From Malacoraja senta (lineage: Eukaryota), in assembly GCA_038087875.1 (NCBI GenBank), contig CM075991.1, forward strand, positions 8,992,001 to 9,056,000: a stretch of 64,000 nt of DNA. Reading direction: 5' to 3'. This document shows positions 14,053 to 26,707 of the stretch, one piece after another. The notes below the pieces were generated by a model that did no database searches, had not been told where the DNA came from, and worked only from the letters and a program-made list of their open reading frames with translations. Within the stretch, counting starts at the first letter, position 1, and each line of letters opens with the position of its first letter. A program made the position numbers and the translations under genes.

Positions 14053-14734
14053 ATAAAGGTACAGAGTCTCTTGCCCAGAGTTGGGACATTCCAAAGACAT
14101 GCAGGTTTGTAGGTTTTGGCATCTGTAAATTGTCCCTAGTGTATAGGATAGATCAAGTGCATGGGTGATTGTTGGTCAGCATGGACTCGGTGAGCCAAAG
14201 GGGCCGTTTCCATGCTGTATCTCTAAACTAAACTGAATAGTTTTCCTTCAAACAGCCACCAACCTTATATTGTTCAAAAGGCTTCCTTCTTCTGTTACCA
14301 CAGCAAATTCTCTGCCTCTTTATCACCAACAGATGAAGGTTTAAGCCATCTCTTCCTCCCTCCAATATCTCTCTGCTTCAGTCTCCAACAGTCTGAAAGA
14401 CAGGTGTTCCACACTAATACAATCAGGTGTGTCCCATCAACTAATCACCTGTGAGTACTTTGTTGACGAAGCCTTTAAAATGTGCAATTATATTACCCCA
14501 GCGAATTACCCTGCGTTTATTTTAATGAAAATAATTCTTAATATATACTTGCTGTTTGACTCATAGAGCAAGGAAAATGGCTTCTAAATGCTGATACAGT
14601 TCCTGCCTCAACTACCTCCTGTGGCTGAATGGCCTAATTCTGCTCCTAAAACTTCTGACCTTCTGACTATATATCTTCCTCCCTCGAGCTTTTCTTACAG
14701 TCACCAAGTACGTGGCATCCCTTTTAGCCATTTT

Positions 14735-15175
14735 TTTCCATAACTGATAGGAGCGGAATTAGGCCTTACGGCTCATCAAGCCTACTTCGTCATTCAATCA
14801 TGGCTGATCGATCTCTCCCTCCCAACCCCATTCTCCTGCCTTCTCCCATAACCCCTGACATCCTTACTAATCAAGAACTCCTGTCAATCTCCACCTTAAA
14901 AATATCTACGGACTTGGCCTCCAAATCCCTCTGTGGCAATGAATTCCACAAATTCACCACCCTCTGACTAAAGAAATTCCTCCTCACCTCCTTCCTAAAA
15001 GTACGTCCTTTTATTCTGAGGCTGTGGCCTCTGGGTCCCGGACTCTCCCACTAGTGGAAACATCCTCTTTCCACGTCCACTCTATCCAGGCCTTTCACTA
15101 TTCCGTAAGTTTCAACGAGGTACCCCCTCATCCTTCTAAACTCCAGTGAGTACAGGACCAGTGCCTTTCCCGCAT
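14735..15175 (-). mobile_element. CR1 3' fragment
   Basis: Same subfamily as 46250-46590, 7785-8560, 17985-18230, 22350-22560 and 36880-37130. Confidence 0.82.
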
Positions 15176-17254
15176 CCTTTTGATGAGAAAGAATGAATTT
15201 GGAAATAATGCAATGAGCTTTGATGTTGGCTCAGTGGAGACATTCCTGTGATCTCTCCAGCCTTGTGCAGTGCGACCTTTAATCCTAAATTGATGCACTT
15301 GCATTCCAATCACTACATCTGTCCCCCACCATCAGTGACTCGTGCTGCTGTACAATGTACCTTGCTGATGCAGGTCAAAATTTCAAGAGCTAAAATCAAT
15401 AACCCTTTAAGATAAAGTGTACAACAGACTTGCAAGCCATTCCAAGCAATTCAGAGCGAGTTCCTCCACATGCTAACAACTGCCATAGGGGATTAATAAG
15501 TAAAGTAACAAGTGCGGGTGTTCTTGGAGATCTTTCAAGCCGGGATACTGATGTGTATTTCCCTAATTAAACAGCTATTAGGGTGTTAGACAAACGATGA
15601 TGGAGTTATTTTTTCGGCCACAGCGATCCGAACTTTGGCTCAGGCCTGTTGTCCCAATGCTGGATGAAGCAGGAGATGGCTTCATGGGTTAAACGTCTGT
15701 CCTCTCCTGACGGGGACAGCGTCGGCTGTGACAAGATGCACACAGGTAGTGCTCAGGTTTGCTACTGCATCTGTACAGAGAGCCTGACTGTCTGAGCGAG
15801 ATAACTGGTAATCAGTCTGCAATATGTATAGAGGATTAGTACCATGGATGAATTGCCACTGCCTTCCTGCTGTGCAAAGCATAAGGATACCCCATAATCA
15901 CTCGGATTCCACGTATTAGCTGATAAAACATAATGGGCACAAAACCTATCTTCATATCGGAGCACAGAAAACGGATGCTTCTGCAAAGCTCAAACTATAT
16001 CGTATCATGGAATCAATTATAAATTCCGGACAAGAAACATGTTCATCTGATTATCTGTCTTCCAGGCCGATTTTTCTGGTTATTAAAGTGGTTTTGGACT
16101 TTGGAATTTTGCAGTGCACTACGAGTTAGAAAATCGCACAATTCATAGGTCTGGCTGGGAATTTTTTTCCTTCCTTTCTCATTGCTATTGACAGCCTTCC
16201 TGTGTAGTTTTCATTTGGCTGATCCACAGGGAGCTCTCTGGGTTTTGGCTTCTTGCACTTCTATACATCTGGCAACTTCAAGGTCTTGAATTCCATCATC
16301 CGGAAGAGCAAGGGGAAGAACTTGAACTATATTTCGCCTTCCACCACAGTGAGGAGTGTGTAGGAGTCACTGTGGTGGATGTGCAATGTTAAAAGGTGTT
16401 ATGATTGTTTTGTCTCCAAAATGGCTGCCGGAAGGGAGAGTGAACGCTGGTGCGTTAAGCTGCTGCTGCTCGCTCTTTGAATTGTGTGTTGTTGATGTCC
16501 CTACCATTTTTTTTGTTTTGTTGTTTGTTTTATTCTGTTACATGTTTTGTAATCTGTTTATTAAATTTTGTAAGGCATCCTTGAGAGTCTTTGAAAAGCG
16601 CCCATAAGTATAAGGTTAATAATAATAATAATTACATTTTTGATGACCATAGCTTCAGCTGCCTAAGCCCTAATCCCTCAAACCAACTCTGAAGAAGGGT
16701 CTCGACCCAAAACATCACCATTTCCTTCTCTCCAGAGATGCTGCCTGTCCCGCTGAGTTACTCCAGCATTTGGTGTCCACCTTAGTTAACAATCATAGAG
16801 CATAAAACAGACCCTTCGGCTCACAAGTCCATGCTGAACATTAAGAACCCAATTATACTAACCCCAAAGATAGACACAAAAATTCTGAGACAGGCAGCAT
16901 CTCTGGAGAGATCGAGTCGAGTCGGCCGATGTTTCGGGTCGAGACCCATCTTCAGACTGAGGCGTCAGAGACTGTCATAGCGAGCCATAGATTCACAGAG
17001 TGATACAGTGTGGGAACAGGCCCTTCGGCCCAACTTGCCCACACCGGCCAACATGTCCCAGCTACACTAGTCCAACCTGCCCGCGTTTGGTCCATGTCCC
17101 TCCAAACCTGTCCTATCCATATACCTGTCTAAACTGTTTCTTAAACATTGGGATAGTCCCTGCCTCCACTACCTCCTCTGGCAGCTCGTTCCATACACCC
17201 ACTGCCCTTTGTGTGGAAAAGTTACCCCTCAGATTCCGATCAAATCTTTTTAAC

Positions 17255-17407
17255 AGTGGGTTTGATGCCAATGAGCGTAGCTTGACTTCTCCTGACGTAG
17301 GTTGTCGCCAGGATAACGTAGGCTGTCGCCAGTTTTTCGGCGACCTGCTACGACTATGTCAGTCGCCCGCAGTTGCCTAAAAAAATCGCCAAGTGGGACA
17401 GGCCCAT
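17255..17407. mobile_element. One-ended Harbinger-like MITE fragment
   Basis: Right TIR AAGTGGGACAGGCCC and CGAC motifs are present; the left end is missing. Confidence 0.55.
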
Positions 17408-18339
17408 AAGAGAGGCTATTGGCATCATATTTGGCACAGACATCGTGGGCTGAAGGGCTTGTACCTTTGCTCTACTGTTCTGCAGTGTTCTGCAAATTCA
17501 AGCTGCTCTTGTTACGATACCTTGGGCATTGTTTTAATTCAGGGTTTAACTAGCTTACTTTAACAAGCTAGAGTGGGTTTTAATGCTTCCATTTCAAGCA
17601 TTCCAATCTGTTATATATTCATGGTTCCTTGCAGACAAGCCCTGGCCACAAAGTTTGATTAAAAGCATCCAGATTGCTTTCCACCGCCGCTGGTCAGGAT
17701 CAGCGCAGATTTCTGCGGTGTCTGGTCATCAGGTGAGAGCAAGATGGGGCTCCGTTATAATCTCTATGACAGTCGTAACACCCGCCAACATGGTTGCCCG
17801 CATGAGATGGCACAAGGGTAGAAGTGGGTCTCGAGACAGCTAGAGTCAGCTTTAGGCATAGTCTGAGCTGGAAAGTAACATTTCATTAATCAAGTCAACA
17901 AATGATGCGAATACCCAGTAGGACAGGCAGCATCAGCGGTGATAGAACACTAGTTAACTTTATGAGTTAACAATAGTTATTGGAATTTCTATAGCCAGTG
18001 GGTGGTGAATCTGTGGAATTCATTGCCACAGATGGCTGTGGAGGCCAAGTCAATGGATATTTTAAAGGCGGAGATTGATAATTCTTGATTAGTAAGGGTG
18101 TCAGGCGTTAAGGGGAGAAGGCAGGAGAATGGGGTTGGGAGGGAATGGTAGATAAGCCATGATTGAATGGTGGAGTAGACTTGATGGGCCGAATGGCCTA
18201 ATAATGCTCCTATAAATGATGAACTTATGGACGTTTCAGGTGATCACAACCAGTCAATGTGAAGCAGCAATTCTGTCTCTTCCTCCAGAGATGCTGTAAG
18301 ATCTACTATTTCCAACATTTGTTTTGTTTTTTCTATTTC

Positions 18340-18905
18340 ACTTCAATCTCTGTTCAATCTCTTCCCTTCCTTGATCTCCCGCGGTTGGGGGGCCTCAAGC
18401 CTTCCGTTGATGGGACGATCCTGGCTCCCGTGGCCGGCGGTCGGGCCCTCCGCGTCAGGGCGATCAAACTCCTGCATCGGGGAGACCAAGCGATCAGACC
18501 CCGGGTCGGGGCTGGTTGAACCTTCTGCGTCGTTGGAGCTCCCGACATCTACGGTGTCTACTCGGTGAGACTGCCAGCTCCTTGATGTTAAAGTCCGCAG
18601 GACCCGATTGGAGCATCGATTCCAGGCAAGGGATCGGCTCCAATGGTAAGTCCACGTCCCCGCGGTGGGGCTCAAAGTCAGTCCCGAGCAAGGCCTCCAG
18701 CTCCACGATGTTAGGCCGCAGAGCGTCCGGAGATACGACCCGGAAAACAATCGCATCTCCGACAAGGTAAGAGATTGAAAAAAAAGTTTCCCCCGACCCC
18801 CTCTCCCACCCACCACATAAAACAAACCAGAGAACATTAAAACAAACTTTTACTAAAAATAAAAAATAAAAGATGAAAAGACAGCCATCGTCCGCGCCCC
18901 CCTGG
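18340..18905 (-). mobile_element. Unclassified GC-rich retroposon 5' region
   Basis: 18760-18905 is similar to 49110-49280 (GGTAAGAGATTG.AAAAAGTTTCCCCC..CATAAAACAA). CpG-rich, with no recognisable protein. Confidence 0.45.
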
Positions 18906-18909
18906 TTTT

Positions 18910-19035
18910 CTTAAATAACTATTTCACCGTCCTTGAGGATGTATTCCACCCCCCGCGGTCCCGGAAATCTCCCAGGGTGCCCGTGCAACCCGGGCGCGAA
19001 CATAACCCCGGAATAGGGGCAGGCCTCTTCCGCCT
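18910..19035 (-). mobile_element. Possible Tx1-like LINE C-terminal remnant
   Basis: The minus-strand translation includes LPLFRGYVRARV, which resembles Tx1-clade ORF2 C-termini (from recall only). Confidence 0.4.
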
Positions 19036-19771
19036 GGCGTTGGTACATGCAGGATGTGGGCATCCTTAGAAGGAGAGTGAAATTAAAGATGAAATCCTAG
19101 CAGTTCACCTGGCAGATGGAATAACATTTCAGCTCCAATTATGTAACTGTATTGAGTTGGCTCAATATTCTTCAACTCCCATCGCAGTGATCACAGTCGA
19201 CAACAAAATAAAACTGTACTGACATAAAACAGAACCCTTAACAGTCCCGTTTCATCTGGTGGATCAGTCCCATATGTTTACCTTCACTCTCAATCTGTTC
19301 GTTCCCTTAAAACTCATCCAGCGAGAAGTAGTTGGCAGAAGTCTCACTGCTTGGTAAGAGCTCGTGTGTAGGAAGGAACTGCAGATGCTGGTTTAAACCG
19401 AAGATAGACACAGAAAGCTGGAATAACTCAGCGGGTCAGGCAGCATCTGCGGAGAAAAGGAGCAGGTGACGTGTCTTCAGACTGAGAGTCAGGGGAGAGG
19501 GAATTGAGAGATATGGACGGTGATGGAGAGAATAAATGAATGAATGCTAAAGAGGTTAGCGTGAGGAGGTGCCTGGTGGACTGACTGTGGTGGATGTTAA
19601 ATCTGTGTTTATTGTGTGTTTTGTTATTTTAATTCTATGTTATGACTACAAGGCACGAAATTCCGTTCAGACTGAAAATTCTGAATGACAATAAAGGATA
19701 CTTGGTACTTGATACTTGACTTGACTTGGTGTTTGATGAAGTAAGGTGGATGAGGCATGGGGAAGTTATTA

Positions 19772-20470
19772 AGGCTCTGTCCCATGGGTTTGCGGTCATT
19801 GGCGGTGAAGCGCGGCGTCGCCGGAAGAGGGGACCGCACGGCAACCACGAGAGCGCCGCACGAATGCTGCGCGGGGGCCGAGTACGGCCGGTTCCACGAG
19901 CTTGCGGCGTCGGGTGATGACGTCATCGCGCAACGCGACGCGCTACGCGATGACGTCTTTCAGATCGCGGGGCTGTGGCGGCGGCCGTGCCGCTCACGTG
20001 CCTCACTAGCGGCGGGTGTGGCGGCGGCCGTACCGCTCACGTGCCTCACTGGCGGAGGCTGTGGCGGTGCAAGTTCGACGCACGGCGCTCGTGCCGCACT
20101 GGCGGCGGCTGTGGCGGTGACCGTGCCGCACTCGTGCCTCACTGGCGGCAGCTGTGGCGGTGACCGTGCCGCACTCGTGCCGCACTGGCGGCGGCTGTGG
20201 CGGTGACCGTGCCGCACTCGTGCCTCACTGGCGGAGGCTGTGGCGGTGCAAGTTCGACGCACGGCACTCGTGCCTCACTGGCGGCGGCTGTGCGGTAAGA
20301 ACATATTTTTGGACAGTGTTGGGGTTTTTTTAGCACCGTGCGGTGTTGGGAACAACGGCACACGGCCCCGGAATTGTGCGTTTGACCGAGTCCGCGGTCT
20401 CTGGCGGCCCAGGAGCGGTACATTCTTCCTGTTTCGCCGCCAATGACCGCAGACTCGTGAGACAGGCCTT
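19772..20470. mobile_element. PIF/Harbinger-like MITE with internal GC-rich minisatellite
   Basis: Imperfect TIR of about 34 bp (AGGCTCTGTCCCATGGGTTTGCGGTCATTGGCGG), TTA TSD, tandem units at about 19970-20295. Confidence 0.75.
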
Positions 20471-21721
20471 TTAGGAGTTTTGATTACCACATTAAATCAC
20501 AGATTACATTCTACAGATAAGCAAAGTCAACGCCCCATCCACTAAGGCTGAGGTAACAGGTATGGAAGTCAAACCTCTGAGGGTGAATACCGGGAATGGT
20601 GGTATTGACTGGACAACAGAGAAGATGGTACAGCACAGGATGTGTAGGAAAGAACTGTAGATGCTGGTTTAAATCCAAGATAGACACAAAATGCTGGAGT
20701 AACTCAGCGGGACACGCAGCATCTCTGGAGAGAAGGAATGGGTGACGTTTTGGGTCGAGACCCTTCTTCAGACGTATTTAACGATGATAAAGGAAACATT
20801 AAGTTAGTTTAGTCTACTGTCACATGTACCGAGGTACAGTAAAAATATTTTGTTGCTTGCTATCCAGTCAGTAGAAAGACAATACATGATTACAATCGAG
20901 CCATTTGCTGTGCATAGATACATGATAAGGATATAACGTTTGGTGCAAGGTAAAACCAGCAAAGTCCGATCAAGGATAGTCCGAGAGTCACCAAAATGGT
21001 AGATAGTAGTTCAGCACTGCTCTCTGGATGTGGTTCATTGTTAGCTGTGGGCTCAGTGAAAATAAGTTACAGACACTGAAACACTCCAGTGAAACTGTTA
21101 CAACGACCAGGGTGGAGATCTTATGTTTTCTTACTATATAGAAAGCCAATTGGCCCATCTAGTCTATGCTGGTGCTCAGAGCATTTCCATCAATCGCACT
21201 ATCCCATTTATTTCCATGTAACCTCTTCTCTTTCCTGTCTCTCCACAGATTCACCACCACCTCACTAAAGAAATTCTTCCGCATCGTGTTGACATGATGC
21301 CTAATTAAATTGATCTCATTTGCTTGTACATGATCCATATCCCTCCATTCCCTGCACTTTCATGTGCCTATCTAAATGCCGCTACTGACTCTGCCTCCAC
21401 CACTAACCTTGGCAATGCATTCCAGGTCCCCAGTACTCTCTGTGTAAAAGATTACAGTTCCCCTGGGAGCTAGCATGGACCAGACAGGCCGAATAGCCTC
21501 CCTTTAAGTCTTAATACAACAGGCAATGAGTGTTCCACATATTGTAACTGTGTGCAAAACCCTCTGTCACAGTTTGCAGAATAACAGGCAGTGCCAGTGT
21601 ATGTGAAACTGTTTGAAGTTTAGTCTGAAGAAGGGTTTCGGCCCGAAACGTTGCCTATTTCCTTCGCTCCATAGATGCTGCTGCACCCGCTGAGTTTCTC
21701 CAGCATTTTTGTGTACCTTTG

Positions 21722-22034
21722 AAGTTTAGTCTGGTTTAGCTTAGAGATACAACGCAGAAACAAGCCCTCCGGCCCAACGAGTCTACTCCGACCAGCGATC
21801 CCTGCTCATCAACACTACCCTACACACACGAGGGACAATTTCACATTTACACCAGGCCAATTAACCTACAAACCTGTACGTCTTTGGAGTGTGGATGGAA
21901 ACCGAAGATCTGGGAGGAAAACCCACACAGGTCACGGGGAGAACGTACAAACTCCGTACAGACAGCACCCATAGTCGGGATCGGTGTCTGGCGCTGTAAG
22001 GCAGTAACTCTACCGCTGCACCACCGTGCCGCCC
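21722..22034 (-). mobile_element. HE1/V-SINE
   Basis: Same consensus. Confidence 0.85.
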
Positions 22035-23222
22035 TTCTAAGTAGAGTTCTATGTAGATTACTGTATATCCAAATGTCTCTGCTTGTTGGCATAGGTACAT
22101 TTCAGCAGTGTGGAAAATATGCTTGGATCAATTTTGTTGATCCATTCATACTCTTGAATACATCAATTAGCTCTCCTTGGCATCACCTTCCTTCCAGAGA
22201 AGATAAATTTAAATGGCTCAGTCACTCCTGGAGTTAATTCTGGATAAAGAGAAAGAATGCATCTGTGTAGCTTTTTTCCCCCACTGCCGCAGGATATCCA
22301 AAAGAGTTTTGCATCTGATGAAGTACATTCACCACCCTCCAGGTTCCAGCAGTGAGAGAGTCTAGGACCAGAGGGCACAGCCTCAGAATAAAAGGATGTA
22401 CATTTACAAAGGAGATGAGGAGGAATTTCTTTAGCCAGAGGGTGGTGAATCTGTGGAATTCATTGCCACAGACGGCCGTGGAGGCCACAAGTCAATGGAT
22501 ATTTTTTAAAGCATGGCGGATTAGACTGGCCTAGTTCTGCTCCTAGAATTTATGAACTTGTCAACTTTTCTCTGTATCTCGGTACATGTGATAATAATAA
22601 AACTTAATCTCACCCCAAACTAAATTCCAATCAAAATACATTTTTAAAAATTCTTCCCATTTTCACTTTCTGATTTATTCATTCTTTAGTGATCATTGCG
22701 AGACCCATGTTATCCTTGAGAAGGCGGTGATGAACAATTTTGTTCAAACTCTGCAGTCTAGTTTAGTTTAGTTTAGAGAGACAGCGTGGAAACAGGCCCT
22801 TTGTGGAAACATGTGGGGAGCTGATTGTTGCCTATGGAGTTAGTTGTTGTCCTTAGCGTAAGTTTGTATAATCAGTTTAGATACTGCTTTGGGCTTGGTT
22901 GAGCGCTTATTCTGGTGTTATAGCAGAAGTACATTTAATTGTAATTGTATTTCTCCCTGTGAATGCGTGGGTTTCCTCCGGGTGCTCCGGTTTCCTCCCA
23001 CACTCCAAAGGCGTACAGGTTTGTAGATTAAATGGTTTTGGTAAAAATTGTAAATTGTCCCTAGTGTGTGTACGGGGTGATCGTTGGTTGGCGTGGACTC
23101 GGTGGGCTGAAGGGCCTGTTTCTGCGCTGTATCTCTAAAGTCTAAAAACTCCATGCTGTGATTTCTCGCCATTGGCACCGCAGAGTCACCCAGTGATATG
23201 TGCTCAGAGCCTAACCCACACT

Positions 23223-23660
23223 ATCTTCTTCTTCTTAGGCCCCCTTCGGTCATGGCTGACCATGGGTGTCTCCAGGGTGCTATTCTTTATATGGAGGACG
23301 CCTGTGCGTGACTTTGTTTAACGTGGGGAGACTGGTGCACTGACAGCCACCACACGGTCCTTGACAGATCTGGGTCAGGATCCAGTGGCGTGGAGTCCAA
23401 GACAACCGGAGACCCTTTTCTGTTGCAGCCTTCATCCGCCTTCCCAGCCGTTGTGACGCGACACTAAGGTCAGCCATCGTCCTCCTCCGCCTGTTCCACC
23501 GTTGAGGTCTTGGTTGGATTGCTCTTTGTCAGAGACCTCCCCCTCGACCTTACCGCCATGGGTGGCCCTACCAGGAGCATAGCTCCAGACGGCATCGCTC
23601 TCAGGATCTCAGGACCACACAAGCTTCTCCACCACGACAAGGTGACAATCCATGGAGAAG
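23223..23660 (-). mobile_element. Non-autonomous RTE-like retroposon (438 bp)
   Basis: TSD ACCCACACT (23214-23222 and 23661-23669) and (GAA)n tail. The 5' sequence CACCTTGTCGTGGTGGAG resembles RTE (Rex3/Expander-type) 5' ends. No convincing ORF. Confidence 0.75.
23516..23660 (-). ncRNA. Predicted HDV-like ribozyme with extended P4
   Basis: P1 CUUCUCC/GGAGAAG, P2 GGAUUGUC/G(A)GCAAUCC, P3 ACC/GGU, L3 UUGUCGU, J4/2 CAAA (C at 23528). Confidence 0.7.
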
Positions 23661-24104
23661 ACCCACACTGTAGGGCTCCAAGAAAAGGTTCAATCGACTT
23701 TATGGTGCAGCACAGTGTAATCTGCCACTGCATGTGCCAGCCTTTGCCAAGGTATAAATATTTGGAAGAGAATCAGAACCTCACACAGTGCCAAGCCAAC
23801 TCAGGTTAATATGATTCTAAGCCTTAGAGGGATTGTCAAGGACAGACACAACGTTCCAATAAACACTCAAATATGACCTGGTTCACAACAGTCTCCAGGT
23901 GAATCAGTCTCCTTTCAGGCTGAAAGGAATAACATCCTAGAAGCTGTGGAATCATGCAGGCTTATCCGATGGGTATCAAACTGATTTCTTTTTCCAAGCA
24001 CAGAATATATGGGTAGGAAAGGTTTAGAGGGATCTGGGTCAAATACAGACATAAGGGAGAATGTAGAAGCAAAGAACTGCAGAAGTTGGTTATTACACAA
24101 AGTC

Positions 24105-24658
24105 ACTGCACAGTAGCGCAGTGGTAGAGTTGCTGCCTTACAGCACCAGAGTCACGGGTTCGATCCAGACTACGGGTGCTGACTGTACAAAGGTTGTACG
24201 TTCTCCCCGTGACCTCGTGGTTTGTCCCCAGGTCTCCTCCCACACCCCAAAGACGTACAGGTTTGTAGGTTAATTGGCTTCGGTAAAAATTGTAAATAGT
24301 CCCTCGTGCGAAGTGTGTGTTGTGTAACAGGGATCGCTGTTCTGCGCGGAATCAGTGGGTCGAAGGGCCTGTTTCCACGCTGTGTCTCGAAACTAAACTA
24401 TACTAAACACTATGGGTGCTGTCTGTACAGAGTTGGTTCGATCTCCCCTGACCTACGTGGGTTTACTCCGAGAGCTCCAATTTCCTCCCACACTCCAAAG
24501 ACGTGCAGGTTTGTAGGTTAATTGGCTTTGGTATAAATGTAAATTGTCCCTAGTGTGTGTAGGATCGTGTTAGTGTGCGGGGATCGCTGGTCGGCGTGGA
24601 TTCAGTGGGCCAAAGGGCCTGTTTCCACGCTGCATCTCTAAACTAAACTAAACTAAAC
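24105..24658 (+). mobile_element. Two tandem HE1/V-SINE copies
   Basis: 24105-24408 and a headless copy at 24409-24658; a third, interrupted copy starts near 24797. Confidence 0.82.
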
Positions 24659-25656
24659 ATCGATCCTACCCTAACTGATTTTATTCTCCCAGCATTCCCA
24701 TCAACTCTTCCCAAGATCCATCGCAGACTACACATTAGGGGCAGGTTATAGTGACTAGAATGGCACAGTAATAGTGGCATTACTTTGACTAATTTGGTGG
24801 CACATTGATGACACAGTAGAGTTTCTGCCTTACAGTGCAAGAGACCCGGGTTTGATCTTGACTATGGGTGCTGTCTATATAGTTAGTGCATTCTCTCTGC
24901 GACCGCATGGATTCTCTCTCTCTGGGTACTCTGGTTTCCTCCCACATTCCAAAGACAGACAGGTTTATAGGTTTAAGAAGGAACTGCAGATGCTGGAAAA
25001 TCGAAGGTAGACAAAAGTGCGGGAGAAACTCAGCGGGTGAGGCAGCATCTATGGAGCGAAGGAAATAGGCAACGTTTTCGGGTCGAAACCCTTCTTCAGG
25101 CAGCATCTATGGAGCGAAGGAAATAGGCAACGTTTCGGGTCGAAACCCTTCTTCAGGCAGCATCTATGGAGCGAAGGAAATAGGCAACGTTTCGGGTTGG
25201 CATAAATGTAAATTGTCCCTAGTGTGTAGGATAGTGTTAGTGTGCAGGGATCGCTGGTCGGCATGGAAACGTTGCCTATTTCCTTCGCTCCATAGATGCT
25301 GCCTCACCCGCTGAGTTTCTCCAGCATTTTTGTCTACCTCGGCTTTATAGGTTTTTTGCCTTGGTAAAATTATAAAATTGTAAATTGGCCCTGACCTGCT
25401 GAGTTACTCCAGCACTTTGTGTCCTTATAGGCAAATTGGACTAGTTTAGATGGGGCATCTTGGTCAGCGTGGAAGAGTTGGTCTGAAGAGTCTGTTTCCA
25501 TGCTGTATGACTCTATACCTCTGAGTCTGTAGACTTCTTGGAAAGCGAACATTGAATGGAAGCTTTGCATTTCACATTTCAGAGATTCAAGTCATCCCAA
25601 AGTATTTTATAGATTAAGTATATACTTTTTGAAGTGCAGTCACAGACACCAAATTG

Positions 25657-25970
25657 ATTTAGTTTAGTTTAGAGATACAGCACGGAAACAGATCCCTCGG
25701 CCCACTGAGTCCACACTAACCAGTGATCCCCGTACACTAATGCTATCCTACACACACTAGGAACAGTTTTTTACATTTATACCAAGCCAATTAACCTACA
25801 AACCTGTACGACTTTGGAGTGTGGGAGGAAACCGGAGATCCTGGAGAAAACCCACACAGTTCACAGGGAGAACGAACAAACTGCATACAGACAGCACCCG
25901 TAGTCAGAATCGAACCTGGGTCTCTGGCACTGTAAGGCAGCAACTCTACCGCTGCACCACTGTGCCGCCC
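25657..25970 (-). mobile_element. HE1/V-SINE
   Basis: Full-length consensus match. Confidence 0.88.
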
Positions 25971-26707
25971 ACAGTGCGATCACACTGTCAAAGATCCAGT
26001 TAATCTTAGAGATGATTGACATATAAATATTGACCAGGAACTCTGAGATTACTTCACCTAGGTTATGATATATTTTAGAGGTAATCAGTGTAAATCTTGT
26101 TCTGAGCACTGATTATTGTACACCATTCCCCTTGGACTGTGCTGGAATAGCAGGCGAGATCTTTAAGTTAAAGTTCACGCTGAATCAACATACAGGTTTC
26201 AGCATTAACAATACAATGTTCGGGTTGTTACACCGTAGTCATCAATTATTTAATTGTCAGTAAGATTCCCGAGAGCAAAAGTTTATTTCGGCAATTTTCA
26301 AATTAAAATCCACTCATGCTGGAAATGTGAACTAAAATCAGGGATAGCAGATTGGTCATGCAGGAGGGAGCAAAATAAATTAATGTTTCAGGCGATGGAG
26401 AAAGTTGAAGATAAAAAGTGTTTTGAGCAGCTGCAGGGAAGAACGAACACGAGAGCAAATCTGTGACCGGGAACAAGGGAGGAAGGAACAAATAACCAAA
26501 GTGACGGTGACTGAGGCCAGGAAATGGGACTAGACACAAAAATGAGTCCAGAGGAGGTGTGAAAAGCAATTGCAAAATCATTCACAAAATCCAGGGAGAA
26601 AGATTTAATAGGAACCTGAGGGGTAACTTTTTCACACAAAGGGCAGTGGGTGTATGGAATGAGCTGCCAGAAGAGGTAGATGAGGCAAGGACTATCCCAA
26701 CGTCTAA

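Noticed and set aside
16340..16378. Hairpin CCACCACAGTGA..TCACTGTGGTGG
   Set aside because: A related sequence occurs near 19560, so it is probably a LINE 3'UTR stem-loop, and no ribozyme core was found.
19280..19350. Possible minus-strand exon (AG..GAAG/GTAAAC; VRLLPTTSRWMSFKGTNRLRVK)
   Set aside because: Weak acceptor and an unrecognised peptide; it cannot be supported without RNA-seq.
25040..25200. Direct repeats resembling a CRISPR array
   Set aside because: They are tandem Penelope-like fragments with no unique spacers, in eukaryotic sequence with no cas genes.
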